Source: Lingula anatina (lineage: Eukaryota > Animalia > Brachiopoda). Taken from it: a DNA stretch of 64,000 nt. Positions 24,677-38,010 of this stretch are shown here, in pieces (positions within the stretch are counted from its first letter, which is position 1; every line of letters begins with the position of its first letter). The translations under genes were made by a program, and so were the position numbers. The stretch covers positions 12,298,567-12,362,566 of the forward strand of contig CM120644.1 in NCBI GenBank assembly GCA_051362555.1, in the 5' to 3' direction. Below the pieces are notes generated by a model. That model made no database searches. It was not told where the DNA came from and worked only from the letters and a program-made list of their open reading frames with translations.

Positions 24677-26526
24677 CTGAAAAACAAAAAAGAATGCCAC
24701 ACATTAAATATATATATTACTGCATTGTTAAACTTCTTCAATGGCAACTTTTAATTTTAATTTAAAAATGAAAACAATAATGAAAAAAAAAAATAAAAAT
24801 AAAAGTGTGAATAACACTAAATCTTGTAAATTATTATACTGTGTCAGTACATATCAAAGTGTACATCAGCTGGTTACAATGAATTATATCAATTTAGAAT
24901 CTTTTATCTCTTATAAGAGTATATATGCCATTGGTACGGTAGGATAAATAATAATATGCAAGTAAGAACTGTAAGTCAACGAGGTATCAATTTCTCAGGG
25001 CTCAATACAGCACTGTACTTCAAATATCTGAAGGCTAAATGATCATATTTGGTGGCTGCAGTGTTTTGTAAACCAAACAAAATTGATCTGTTTCTATTCA
25101 GCTGCTTCTGTGATAACTTATTATGTTCTGGTTCTATCTCTAAAATGTCACAGCTGCCATTTGAGCACTAGCTTCCTGACATTTCTAGCACAGCACAGAC
25201 CAATTAGATGTTCAAATTGATCATCTAATTATGCTACTTAGAAATGAAATTCAGATGTAACAAAAGCATTCTGAGACATTTTGAATGACATAAATCAAGC
25301 CAATTTGAGATAAAAATGTTTCCAATCTTAGCACCTTGTTCATTGGTATTAAATTTTCATCAACAAAACATACAATGTACATGCACATTCTTGCAGAAAA
25401 ATACTAAACACTGAATCGCATACATTTATTAAAAAATATTAGGTCTTGACTGAGATAGTCACTAAGAAAACATGAAATCATAAGATTTTAGTATGTTTGA
25501 TTAAATGTGATACAGTACATGTCAAAGAGTCCATGGACAGAAATTAAAGCAATAAAAGTAGGCAATTCCTAATTTCATCATATTTTAAGTTGTGGAATTA
25601 CATAAGGACAATTCCTCATATTTTGGCAATGATAATATGAAGATGCATTTTATCATACATCCATGTATATCTAATTCAACAACTTAATAAAAACAATTAA
25701 TGGGATTTCAGTAACCTTTATGCAAGACTGATAGCATTTAATAAATCAAAGCAAACTTAGAGCAAACTGACACTTCAAATAGCACTTACATGGTCATTAT
25801 CCATACATTTTGAACCACCTCACACTTTTCAATATTTTCCTATTTCAAAGTTCAGCTTGCATTTTTTTCTTTTTTCACATGGCCCAACTACTCTATCCTA
25901 ACTTTGAAAAAAAATTGTGATATCACTAAAAAAACATTTTTTTGGGAAATTTATTTATTAAATATAAGCAATGTTGTGGGTAATTACTAATACCTTAATT
26001 AGGTTAATTGATTTTGAATACAGATAGCATGTATTTATAACAAATTTTACACAGAGAAGGAAACATACCTATATCTTTTTGGTGGATTAATTAAGGATTT
26101 TCAATATCTTTGGTCAAAAAGATGATGTTCAAAGTAAACCGTCCTGTAATTACTTTTGACCTAATGATCTGAACTGTACAGTTTCCATCACAATAATGTC
26201 TGAAACACAACTCACTACTCTCATGACTCACAATCCAAACACTCCAACAAATATCACACTTTTTGCAAGAGTTGGTAAAAAAAAGATAACTGTAATGTGA
26301 TTATTGTGTGAGGCAATAAGAGATCTTTCATTCAAATGCCAAAGCAATCTGTCTTTTGAATCATCTTCTTTAACTCAGAAATGAAAAACATTAGAAGAAA
26401 CACAGAAGGGAATTCTTCAAGTAGTGTATATCACGTCAGAGGAACAGATAGTGGCCTCTTAAATGAATGGTTTAGAATAACGACCAAAGACAGCAAAGTT
26501 CTGTAAAACTAAATCATTGCCTGTAA

Positions 26527-26756
26527 GACCCCATTTCCATAGATTTTAGATCGATCTATCCCTGTGGGGAGTCTCACTTGATTACTGTCAGCTTAGCCGG
26601 CTTAAGCATCTGTCTCACCTACTGAAAGCTGTAAGGGGCCGGGGTAATTAACTATGGTGCGCGCTCGGCTGACTGCAATTTAGCATGAACCCCCAGGGAG
26701 TTAGGTCGATCTAAATCTTAATCTCTGGATCGATCTAAATGTCTGGGAATACACCC
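26527..26756 (+). mobile_element. PIF/Harbinger (Tourist)-like MITE, subfamily A
   Basis: TAA target duplication on both sides; closely similar to 4559-4784. Confidence 0.88.
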
Positions 26757-27049
26757 TAAGTCTCATGGCAATCAACCCAGACTAACTTCCTCGCTAAAAC
26801 CAACTGGTTCATGTCTATCAATTTATCAGCAATTCTTTTTTCAGTTATTCTTGGCAGAAATTGCTGTACTATAGTAGTTTCACTAATCAAACTGTCTACG
26901 TATTTTTGCACAGAAGGCTTTATATTTTTCAGCATTGCCCCAGATATACCTAACATTTCTGGCAAACATGATCAAAAATTGGTGATCTTTTTTTTTCTGT
27001 GATACAGTCAACACAGCACTATACTGTACATGTCAATCATGGTTTCCCT

Positions 27050-28180
27050 ATTACTATCAGTAGCGAATCCAGAATTTTACTCGAGTGGGGGAGGGGGTGG
27101 AGAGGCAAGGATGTAAAATAATTCCCTCGCTTTGCTGATGTAGGTATGAAATAGATTTGGAAATATCTTACATATGTTATGTCTGATTTCAAATGTTACA
27201 TATACTACTAGCTGTTAATATGTTAGGGAGAAAAAGTGATTGGGGAGGAGGAGGAAGTGACATATCTGCTCTGCTCTCTGGATCTGTCATTGGTTCTGAA
27301 ACTTCAAATGCCACCTGACTCCTTTCCATCCCATGTAGAAGGAACTAACAGTATAAAATTTAACAGTTTTCTGAATAAATATCTTTGTTTTAGCCACTCC
27401 TTTTGCTTGCTAAATACATGGAAACTTGCCTATTAGTGCTTGTATTGATACTCGTACTGGTATTTATTGATTCAAAGACAGGATAAAACCATCACTGGCC
27501 CATGTAATACTGTCACAACCATGTCACAGTCAGCCAATCATGAATATATATGAATTTTTCAACAAATTGAGTCTGTTTGTTCAGCATTAGCTGACACGAG
27601 TAAAAATCATAGAAAACTGGGGTCATGTTGATACTCTGTTACTATCAGTAGTGAATCCAGAATTTTGCTCGAGTGGGGGAGGGGGTGGAGAGGCAAGGAT
27701 GTAAAATAATTCCCTCACTTTGCTGATGTAGGTATGAAATAGATTTGGAAAAATCTTACATATGTAATGTCTGATTTCAAATGTTACATATACTACTACC
27801 TGTTAATTTGTTAGGGAGGGACATATCTGATCTGCTTTCTGGATCTGTCATTGGTTCTCAAACTTCAAATGCGACCCGACTCCTTTCCATCACACATAGA
27901 AGGAACTAACAGTATAAAATTAAACAGTTTTCCGGATATATATTTTTGTTCTAGACACTCCTTTTGCTTGCCAAATACATGGAAACTTGCCTATTAGTGC
28001 TTGTATTGATACTCATACTGGTATTTATTGATTTAAAGACACAATAAAACCGTCACTGGCCCACGTAATATTGTCACAACCAAGTCACAGTCAGCCAATC
28101 ATGACATATATATGAATTTTTCATCAAATTGAGTCTGTTTGTTCAGCATTAGCTCACACAACTAAAAATCATAGAAAACT
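27050..28180. repeat. Local tandem duplication of a ~570-bp segment (27050-27618 and 27639-28180)
   Basis: Both copies start TTACTATCAGTAG.GAATCCAGAATTTT and end AAAAATCATAGAAAACT. They are colinear with scattered substitutions and one ~20-bp indel. Confidence 0.92.
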
Positions 28181-29486
28181 AACATATAGTTATATCTCAA
28201 TATTCAATTTAATTTGGTGAATGCTGTGATTTTTTCTTTGAAGTTTGCACTGGTTTCTTAATTCTTGCCAATAAACAACAGAAAACAATAAAAACAACAC
28301 ACTTTTCTGTTTCATTAAGCTTTAATATACATGTACCCTCTCTTTCTGATTCACATGCAGTCAGTGAATACATCATCACGTCTCTCAGTAGTCAGGATTT
28401 TTCAAACTCTAAGTAATGAACTTGAGTACAGTCTAGTACAGTTTCATGAGATTTCGCCTCCCTGCAGATGTACTGTACTGCTTAACGAAACAAGGGATAT
28501 GACTGAGTCATTTTTCAGTATTAGTGTTTTTTATTGTTTATATTCTTAAGTTTTAACGTGCTGTAGATAAGTTTGAAATTGATACTACAGATTTTACCCC
28601 CAAAACATGCTGTTGCTACAGTACGGTACATCATCAGGTTGAATAAGCAAATTCCTCTTGATGTATTTTTGATTTGCAATCTTATCACATAACATGACGA
28701 TGTTCATTTCCTCATTATTGAAGAAAATAATGAAAAAAGTTCATATGTATCGAACCCCGTTAAGCTTTTATCATTCAGCTGGAATTCATCATCACAGCAT
28801 TAGAAATTGAGTAACTAGGATATATATGAGCAATACCCAAGTTTTATGACTGTAACATTATGCAATATCAAATTAGAATCTGACATTTAATGAATTGTAT
28901 TTTCTCATAAATCCGTAGTCAAATACTTCATTTTCAGAGAAATGTTTCTGTAACATCCTTCTTTAATGGCTGACATATTTAAAGTTCCAGTTTTAGAGGG
29001 TAAAAGTGGGTCTTAACTATATATTAATTATTATAAAAATTGTTATCATTTCTAATATAAATAATTTTCCACTAACATATCAGTGTTCTAATGGAAGTTA
29101 ATCTGTGTAGTCACAGTAGTATTCTCAACATACCCATCAGTGTTGTGTAAAGACTTACGTACCTCAAAGCAGAAATAATTGGCTTAAAGTCTATCAATAC
29201 CATTAGGATTCAAATATATCCTCCCCCAAAGGTTATTTTTAGGTTTAAATTGTGAGTTATTAGTCTAGGATAGCCTAAGATCTGGAACTTCAAACTCATA
29301 ATCAGATTGATCTACTGAATAAACGACTGTACTTAAAAGTATAATTTGGGCCTCAAATGGTATCTATCTCTGGCAGGCTGGGTCATACCAATGATAATTA
29401 AAAAATGACACTTTTCAACTTCTTGCTGTGAAGCATTCAAAATATTCTTTAATTGCACAGAAAATGTTTTGTACACTCTGTAGCCT

Positions 29487-29517
<31 letters not shown>

Positions 29518-31099
29518 GAGGGGAAGTTCCTGACTCAACTGGAGATTGAACTTGGGAGCTACTGTAGATCTCAGGTCTACACCCCCCACCCGCTTTTACT
29601 GCACAAAATAGAACTATACAGAGTAGCCTGTTTTTTAATTTTGTTGCTACCAAATTTTACCAAATTTTAACAAATCATTACCTAAAAATAAACAGTATCT
29701 TTAAAGTTCACAATCCCCTATCCCATTGAAAAGACCCAGTAATTATCAGTAGATGAGGCTGACCATATAAGCTTACATGTTAGCTTCATCAACATTTTGA
29801 TTGGATAAAAATTATACCATCTCCAGACTAACAGTTTGTCATCAGTTGAACATCAGGCAGAAACATTGTAGATTGTATTCCCTATATGATGCTTTCCCAT
29901 CAAGCCTTCTCTATCCATCATTCATCCCAATTTTTTTCAAATAGTCTGACTTTCTTTGCCACTCATAACTTTTTAATGATTTCACAGCGGATATCATTGA
30001 CAATGATCTCCTGTACTTTGGCCATTCATAAGTAGTTATATATCAGACAAGAGTCAGATGATGAGTCAAGCAATGTTTTATCAGAAATTGTTTTACAGAC
30101 TTGCTCCTGAAAGTAGACAGGGTCTTGCAAGATTAGCAATTGATGGGAAGCTTGCTATCTCCAAATGAATAAACTGACATGCTACCTACTAGCAGTACTA
30201 TATCTAGCACCACCCACTCATAAATAGGGATATAATGTTTGGTAGACCTTTGTATGGCAAACAAGAAAAAAAAAAGGCAGAGAATTTTAACAGATTTCAC
30301 TTAAAGGGATAGTAACTCTTCATATAAGATCTATATTTCACAGTAAAAACATTGAGTAACTCAAAGAAATATAATATATTCTGTTTTACCACAAAAACGG
30401 CAGTTATAGCTATTATTCTGATATCTGAGCTTGTCTTTAGACCACATGACCTCCACTGATGGCTATACTCTGTTAAAATCTCTTAAGAGATTTTAACGAA
30501 AAACCAAACTTTTTAGAAAAAAAAAAAAAAAAAAAACAGGGACTACCTTTGAATGTAAAAATGGATTCATTAACCATTTGTAAGTATGGGAAAATTGTTG
30601 TTTACTCCAGGAAAATTCATTTTTTGGCCGAAACGAAGAATTATTATCCTTTTAATCACCAAGGTTCATGTACTAGTATATCCTAAATTAAAAGAAACTG
30701 TTGAGGGACTCGCAATCCATTTTCAAGTTTTAAATTTCTCTTTACTGTGAAATTTTGTAGTCTCCACTGCCACTAAATTTTGAAAAAAAAAAAAAAGAAA
30801 AATGAGCTTAAATATTGTAATTTTGTCAAAAGTTTTTTTTTGAACTTATCTTAGTAATCAACCCTGCCTCTATTTCTGCTTGTTTCAGGTTTCAAACTTT
30901 TTAAAAATTTATCCCCCCCCCCCCAAAAAAAAAATTCTTAAAAAAATTTCTTAAAAAAATCACACCAATAGTCCCTCCTTGAAATTAGAACTTTGACTAG
31001 CTGAATCATAGCTTTAATCTGCGCCAAATGGCACCATTCGCCCTCTAAAATACCAAAATTTCTTCAGGCCCCTTCAGCAGGCCTCCAACCCCACACCAA

Positions 31100-31130
<31 letters not shown>

Positions 31131-31440
31131 AGGGTTGGCTTTGCATCAGTGGACCCCCCTTCAAATAAACCTGGATTATAATCCTGAACTTTCTCAAGGG
31201 GGTTGAACTCTTGAGACGGACTGTGCCAAATATATTGATGATTTTGGTATTTTGTCTCTTAGAAGTAGTAGTAGTAGTTTAATCTCCTTGAATGTGTAGC
31301 AACCTAAACATGAAAAAAGTAATGCACAATCTAAAAGCATAAACATACACAGAGCTTATTACCTGGTGCTGCTGATAAATAAGTTATATATGTAGGTAAT
31401 GAGAATATGCTCTGTACAAAAATCTACAACAAACTCCAAG

Positions 31441-31607
31441 CAGGGTCGGATCCAGAGCTATTTTCTGACAGTCTTCTTGTTTATTTTTGTTGATCCATCC
31501 TCCAAATTTGACCGTCTTCCAACAGAAAAATTAGATACCTGTTAATGTAAACTTGAAAATCTGACTGTCTTCTGGAAGACCCAGAAGATGGCCTAAATCC
31601 GCCCCTG
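31441..31607 (-). mobile_element. ~167-bp MITE with CAGGG(G/T)CGGAT termini
   Basis: TIRs CAGGGTCGGATCCAG / AAATCCGCCCCTG flanked by the direct repeat CCAAG; reverse-complement homolog at 48130-48297. Confidence 0.85.
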
Positions 31608-32057
31608 CCAAGGGTCCTTCTCTTACACACACAGTACTAGTAACTATAATGTGTAAATGCTGACCTACCGGCACCCACATCTTCACTTGTCTCCACCCTG
31701 ACAGTGCAACTTCAGCCCCCTCTACATACAGAGGAGTCTTTGACTCCTATCTTCTGACTGTTTGAAAAGAGTTTCTTTTCTAAACCTGTTTTATCCCCTA
31801 CATATGCTATATATAAATACAACAACTACTGTTGCATGAATTATGAATAACGTATGATTTTCCACGCTATCCACCTACGACATTTTTCTACTGATCATTG
31901 ATTTTGATATTGCCTTAGGTTTCTGAAAATGGGTGGCAATTATTAATATCATACTGCTAGCAGGTCAAAGAACAGCCCTTTAACCTAGCTGTACCCCAGT
32001 AGTTTGTCATCCACAACACCTGAATACCATCTCTCTCTCTCTCTCTCTTTATATATA

Positions 32058-32216
32058 TAGAAAACTTAGTTTTTTTTTTAAAAAAGAATGCCTTAAATGC
32101 TTTGGAAACTATAACACATTAGTTTATATATATATATATATATATATAAACTAATGTGTTATAGTTTCCAAAGCATTTAAGGTAAATTCTTTTTTTAAAA
32201 AAAACTAAGTTTTCTA
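32058..32216. repeat. Near-perfect 159-bp palindrome centred on (TA)n
   Basis: TAGAAAACTTAGTTTT...CCTTAAATGCTTTGGAAACTATAACACATTAGTTTA(TA)nTAAACTAATGTGTTATAGTTTCCAAAGCATTTAAGG...AAAACTAAGTTTTCTA. Confidence 0.92.
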
Positions 32217-32454
32217 AGTTGAGTTTGGTCTATATGAGAAAGTATGAGTTTGTGTGTAACAATAGATGGCAAAGCTTGGAGAAAAAAATTAGCATGACTA
32301 CTGGGTATATATGTACACTTCTCTGGACCATATGATTCCCCTAGTTTTGGAAGTAGACAAAACCGAAATAATTTTTATCCATATCTCCTACCTATTATTA
32401 TCATAATTTTTTCTCCAAATTATGAATATTGCCTTCTTCTATTTTATATTCTTT

Positions 32455-32485
<31 letters not shown>

Positions 32486-32728
32486 AAACTGGGTCTAACA
32501 GTGCATAACGACAATATATCACAAATACTTAGTCATGCTTCTGGGACTGGTGGCTTACAACAAGGGACCAATACACATACTGTAGTGGCTTCAAGGTTTT
32601 AGAGGGACCATGCTGCACTCAGCCAATTAAACCACTGGTTAATTAATCTAGTACTTTGGGGACACATTTCACTGGTATCCTTAATGGGAGGAGTGAACCC
32701 CAGACTACTAATTTCAAAATTATTAGGA

Positions 32729-33151
32729 GGCCTGTTTCCAGTGAAGAAAATAGATTGCTTCAACTTTGTATGGTCCATCTCAGTTGGCAGTGCTAAATCA
32801 TGTCACAGAACTCATTTACGATTAGGTCATCATGGAGAAGGAATCTGATCTTTCTGTTGTCCACCCCATGTCCACAACTTTAGTGACAAAGCTCAGTTAC
32901 AAGTCCTGAAAAGACGGGACTCCCTGTGAGCACATTCAGAACAAATAATCCTCGGACTTACTGATGTGTGGACTAAATATGGCTGATCCCATTTAAAACC
33001 AAACCACCTAATCCCCTGTTGGTCTCCCCACCTCCACACCTCCTTGCATTCAACGAGAGTCCCTGAAGAGTTGGATCTGTTTTCGTAGACAGATATTTTC
33101 AACGGGAATGAAAACTCAGTTAGGAACAGCCTTCTTCACTGGAAACAGGTC
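32729..33151. mobile_element. ~420-bp Harbinger-like MITE with TIR GGCCTGTTTCCAGTGAAGAA
   Basis: 20-bp near-perfect TIRs. The internal GCATTCAACGAGAGTCCCTGAAGAGTTGGATC block is shared with the subfamily B MITEs. The TSD is not preserved. Confidence 0.75.
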
Positions 33152-33782
33152 TTTAATATTTGCACATGAGAATAGCATGATGCATCTGCAGGCCTTGTGA
33201 TAAAGTAAATTAACGGTGAAGAGCAGTAATAGTCACCAGGGAGGAGAAAGATACTGTTTGTGCTGCTGAACTACCACTGTTTGATGATACCGAAACACAT
33301 TTAGAGGTTTTAGGAGCCAACAATTATCTTCACGTGAATCATTCTTTACCTTGGTTGGTGAAAGACAAAATCATAAATCATATCTCTCAATATCTGAAAT
33401 ATACATGTAGGGTTTGCATGACCATGAGTTCTTGCCATTTTATTTCAATAAATTCAAATAAATTGCCTTTTCTCTTGTATGCCAATTAAGCATTGATTTT
33501 GTTTTAAAACTATTCATGCTTGCCTTGAAAACCCTCATGATTTTTTAGTTAAAATACTGGCTTTTTGACAACTTTCGAAAAAGTTTCAATTTTTTGTAGC
33601 AAAAGTCTGTTACACTTGGCATTTGGTAAATATTTCTTGGCATGACTAATTAAACATTACACCTCAGGGAACAGAAAAAGAACCGGCAGAGTCACTTTTA
33701 CTTCAAAACAAATGCAAGTGGAAGTATGTAACACTGGAAGCTAGTTCAATAAAAACTCTAAAAAACTGAGTTCTGGGTCTTA

Positions 33783-33937
33783 CCTGCTAGAATTACCTGC
33801 AGTCAACATTCCAGCCAAAATTTGCATGAATTTACAGCATCACCTGGAAAATTCTCCATGAATTCTTGAGAGATCTTTCAACAGTCCAATACCAGTCTGC
33901 GTTCTTGGAAGTTTGTCCTGTTGCCCTTTGACAACTC
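33783..33937 (-). other. Probable non-coding 5' UTR exon of the GPCR gene with two alternative donors
   Basis: Acceptor ttcttttgcatttcAG at ~33938; donors GCAG|GTAATT (~33796) and GCAG|GTAAGA (~33783). Confidence 0.45.
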
Positions 33938-35944
33938 TGAAATGCAAAAGAATATTTACCAACATTTATTGGAAAATAATGGCACAGTGCACAGATAAGT
34001 TAATTTTAAAAGCAAATACTGTGCATTAGACCTAGTATATTCAGCAATAAATTATCCCTTAACCAAAACCACTGAGAAAATAACTACAATGTACAATCTA
34101 CAAACACACGTCTCTAGCCAGCAATATCCAAAGGGGGGAGGGGTATTTTCATTGTAAGGCATAAAACCTAGATCAAATTTTGAATTAGAGCTGACATTTT
34201 CTAGCAATAAGGCCAGTTCTTTCTAACCCTTTAACACTTCCTGCCTATGGGCCTAAATCCTTTTTTCCAAGTTTTAAACTTTCTAATATTTACCCTCTTG
34301 AGTGAAATTTACAAGATAATATCATTTTTACTTAAAATTGCTAATGCACAACTCGAAATGACTCTGCCAGTACCTTGCGATATTGAAAAGTGGAAAAGTG
34401 TCATCTTTTCTAGTCAAGTCCATTTTATTTCCCATTGGGATATATTCTTATACATTTTAAGCACTGATGCACGAATTATTGTGAATACATGTATCAGACA
34501 TCAAGGATATGAACAAATTACCATGGAACTCGAAATTGCCAAGAGATCAAACATGTACATCCTGAGAAGAAATGAGATGATGACATGATCAAGGCCTGGT
34601 TTAATAGCAAAACAAATGACAGTCGACTCGACTCAGAAAAGAATTATACCGTCCACTTGCAATCACTTCACAAATCTTAAAAAAGAAATTTGCCAAATTA
34701 CCTGCTGTTCAATCAGATATATCTATATAAGGTTCAAGATTAATTGTAGGATTAACTTTAACTTCCACATAAAAATAAATTCTACAATGTATCCTTAGCA
34801 TTCAATTTTCTTTTTGAAAAATGCCCTTGACAATTTCATTATGAAATTAAAGGTATTTAATAATACTTGCCTGTCAATTAATGATTTGTTAGAAAAGGAG
34901 AGAGAGAGAGAAAGAGAGAGAGAAAGAGAGATTTCAAATACTAGTACTAAAAAAATCAAGTACTGTGTATAACAGTTCTGTAAAAGTATCATTTAATGCC
35001 TAAATTAAGGGTGTGGACAATTGTACCAGTACTCACTCACAAGGACTACATGACGCCTGTCACTCATAATTAGGTATTATAATAATTGTATGTTAAATAC
35101 CTAAATATGATACCCCCAGCAGCATTTGCGATGAAATCTTGTTATCCTATATAATTGAATAATGGTAACCTTAATCCATCCAACTTATTAGAAATAACCT
35201 GGTACAATGTATTAGGATTCTTTGTTGAAATACTCACATCCAAGTACTAGTTTACTGGTAAGTTTATATACTGACATTAGCGCAAATGAAAAGGTAGCAA
35301 CTAAAATCATAAAAACCATGAACAGAATTATATCAGTAAACATTTATAGTGCCGAAGATGTTAAAATGTACCCCCTTCTCATGTTATTCCAGAGTTACAT
35401 GTGTACCCATATTTTGCCAACAGCCAGTCAATAAAATACTTCTTGTGACAATTGGATTAGTAACAGTATTCCCTACGTACGATATCTATTGATTGCTTCG
35501 CTCATTTTCCTCTCTGTAAGGGCCTACGTCTTGGCTATAAAGTTAAATGGTTTTAACACCTGACTTACCAGAAATCTGTTGTTGGTTGTAAACATGCACA
35601 AAAACACAAGTTGCGTGGTTAACTAGTTACAAAAGTAATGTCCCAAGATTTCAGCTGCCAACTCAGTGTGCACTGGTTTGAAATGATTAAGACAAGCACA
35701 ATTTCCATTGCCTGTGGGGGGAAAAATGCAGCAAAACATTGCAAGCAACTCCGATGACCTTGAAGGAGATGCTGAGCTCATAGTTCAACATTGGCTTGCA
35801 AATGTAACAGTACAGCAAAATTAAATCAAAATATATGGAAATCACTTAATTTTTACTTTCCTCTTAAATCTCTCAATATAATCTTTTTTTTAACAGATTA
35901 ACAGGAGTGGGCTTAAAATAAGAAATGATTTAGAAATAAACCTC

Positions 35945-36065
35945 CTTACAGGTACAACATAGAACATGGGTACAAGTCCAAACTTCCTCAATCCAGTCTT
36001 GAAATGATTTTAATCAGCCTATTCTTGTTCAGGACATGCTTTATAACTAGTAATTCCATTTCAAG
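35945..36065. repeat. Dispersed ~120-bp repeat, second copy at ~45365-45491
   Basis: Shared AACATGGGTACAA...ACTTCCTCAATCC.GTCT...GATTTTAATCAGCCTATT.TTGTTCAGGAC.TGCTTTATAACTA...ATTCCATTTCAA. Confidence 0.8.
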
Positions 36066-36546
36066 TCTTCTTCAGCGGCTACCGGCACAATGCACTCTGT
36101 AAATCTGTTATTTTATGTTTTATGTTTGCTGCAGCAACTTCCAAGAAATTTCAATAATACCATGAACACAATACACACATGCAAGCCATATTGATAACAA
36201 CTTCCAATACAAGGATATTCTGGATCCCAGTCACAGCTTATCAGATAGCACTGCATTTTTAGTTGGAAAAAAAAGAGACACTTGCGGCTTTGCAATACTT
36301 GTAATATTGATTTTTAAAGAAAGAAAAACAAGAGTGCACAATGGACTGACACACCCACAACACCGCTTTAGGATTGACATTAGATCAAATTACTGGTTAA
36401 ATTGAAAAGAACATACAAGAGCTACTCAAGCTAAATTTGATACAATTGCTAATTGTTCCCTTTTAGAATAACCGCATCCTGTCAGTTAAAACTCATTTCT
36501 CAGAATCATGAGCCTGCAGTTGCCTGCACTGTTAATGTCTCTCTAA

Positions 36547-36753
36547 GGGTGCTTTCCCAGAGATTTAGATCGATCTAAAGATTAAGATTTAGATCAAAAT
36601 TTAAATTGCAGTCAGCCGAGCGGGCACCATAGTTAATTATCCCCTTACAGCTTTTAGTAGGCGGGACAGACGCTTAAGCCGGACAAGCTGACAGTAATCT
36701 AGTGAGACTCCCCACAGGGATAGATCGATCTAAAAATCTATGGAAATGGGGTG
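36547..36753 (-). mobile_element. PIF/Harbinger (Tourist)-like MITE, subfamily A, inverted and with a small internal deletion
   Basis: TAA target duplication; reverse complement of 4559-4784. Confidence 0.88.
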
Positions 36754-37951
36754 TAAGGCTGATTGAAGCAATTTAGATTATTACATGTAGCATGATGTCA
36801 AGCATTTATGTACATCTGTATTTTACTCACTTTTGGTAAATGTTTTCTTCCTTAACAGCCCATCAATTTTTTTTGAAACATGTATGACAAATCAGCCGTG
36901 TTAATTTATGCATCTCACCATTTGTAATTCTCAATGTGATACTCTCTTAGAAAATTTGGAAAAAAAGAAAACTTACTATAAATGTGTGTTGATGAGTGTG
37001 AGCGTGTGCGAGACCAAATTTTTTAAAAGTAAAATGTGTAAAATATGTTATTTATTGAAGAAAGTTCTGTTTCCAAAGTTCTCCCTATTTTCAGACTTTC
37101 ATGCGTCACTCATAACACTGGACAGAATTACAGCTCTTAACTAGCTAATTAGTTCATGAAATTGCACAGATGCAACGGTCTGATATGAGAAAATCCTTAC
37201 AATTTTTTATGTTTACTTTTTGAAATACATAAATATTAAGGCTCATGGACCTTAATCTTATATCTGTTACCATTTAATTGCAAATATTTTTTATCAAGAG
37301 ATTTCAAAATTGATAAATTTCTACGTAATGAAGTCTCCAGAAAAAAAAAATAAAATGAAATAAATCCCTCCCCATGAATGCAGTGGAAGCATAATACTCT
37401 TTCAAATCATGCACATACAAAACTCATTTTTCTTCTACCACTGTATGGTTATTTCTGTTTCATAACACACAAGATGCATCCAAAAGGTTGTGTGCCTACA
37501 GGAGAGATGAACATATCGAATTTCATAATTAAGCAACGTACCTATAACTGATAAAACTTGTGATACTTGAACTCTTGCCCTAGACGGTTTAGACAGAAGC
37601 TATCTTAACATCTAAATACAACATATTTTAACATTATCCCAACAACATATCAGAAATGTTGCAGAGACTAATTCAAGTGACCCATGAAGGAAATTATCTG
37701 CTTAAATAAACAGTTCATACTTGATAGATCTTGATACAATAATAATTTCCACTTCATACTCCCTAGGTCTTATATTATAAGGAAGGTTTTAGAAATATTG
37801 CAGCTGATTTCTGTGCTGAAGCACAATAAGTTTAACTACCATGTAAGTGTTAATATTTCTGGTATGCAATGCATATTCTTGCCTCTAAAGCTCTTTTCAG
37901 TATGGTCTTTTGATTCATCTTGATTGTCTGGCTGTATGCAAGATACCAGCA

Positions 37952-37974
37952 AAATAAATAAATAAATAAACAAA

Positions 37975-38009
<35 letters not shown>

Positions 38010-38010
38010 A
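37952..38010. repeat. (AAAT)n microsatellite
   Basis: Direct reading. Confidence 0.95.

Noticed and set aside
34225-34605. Possible piggyBac-like element and ORF 34247-34588
   Set aside because: No matching TTAA-flanked right TIR, and the ORF has no recognisable domain; there is only faint similarity to sequence near 57950-58175.
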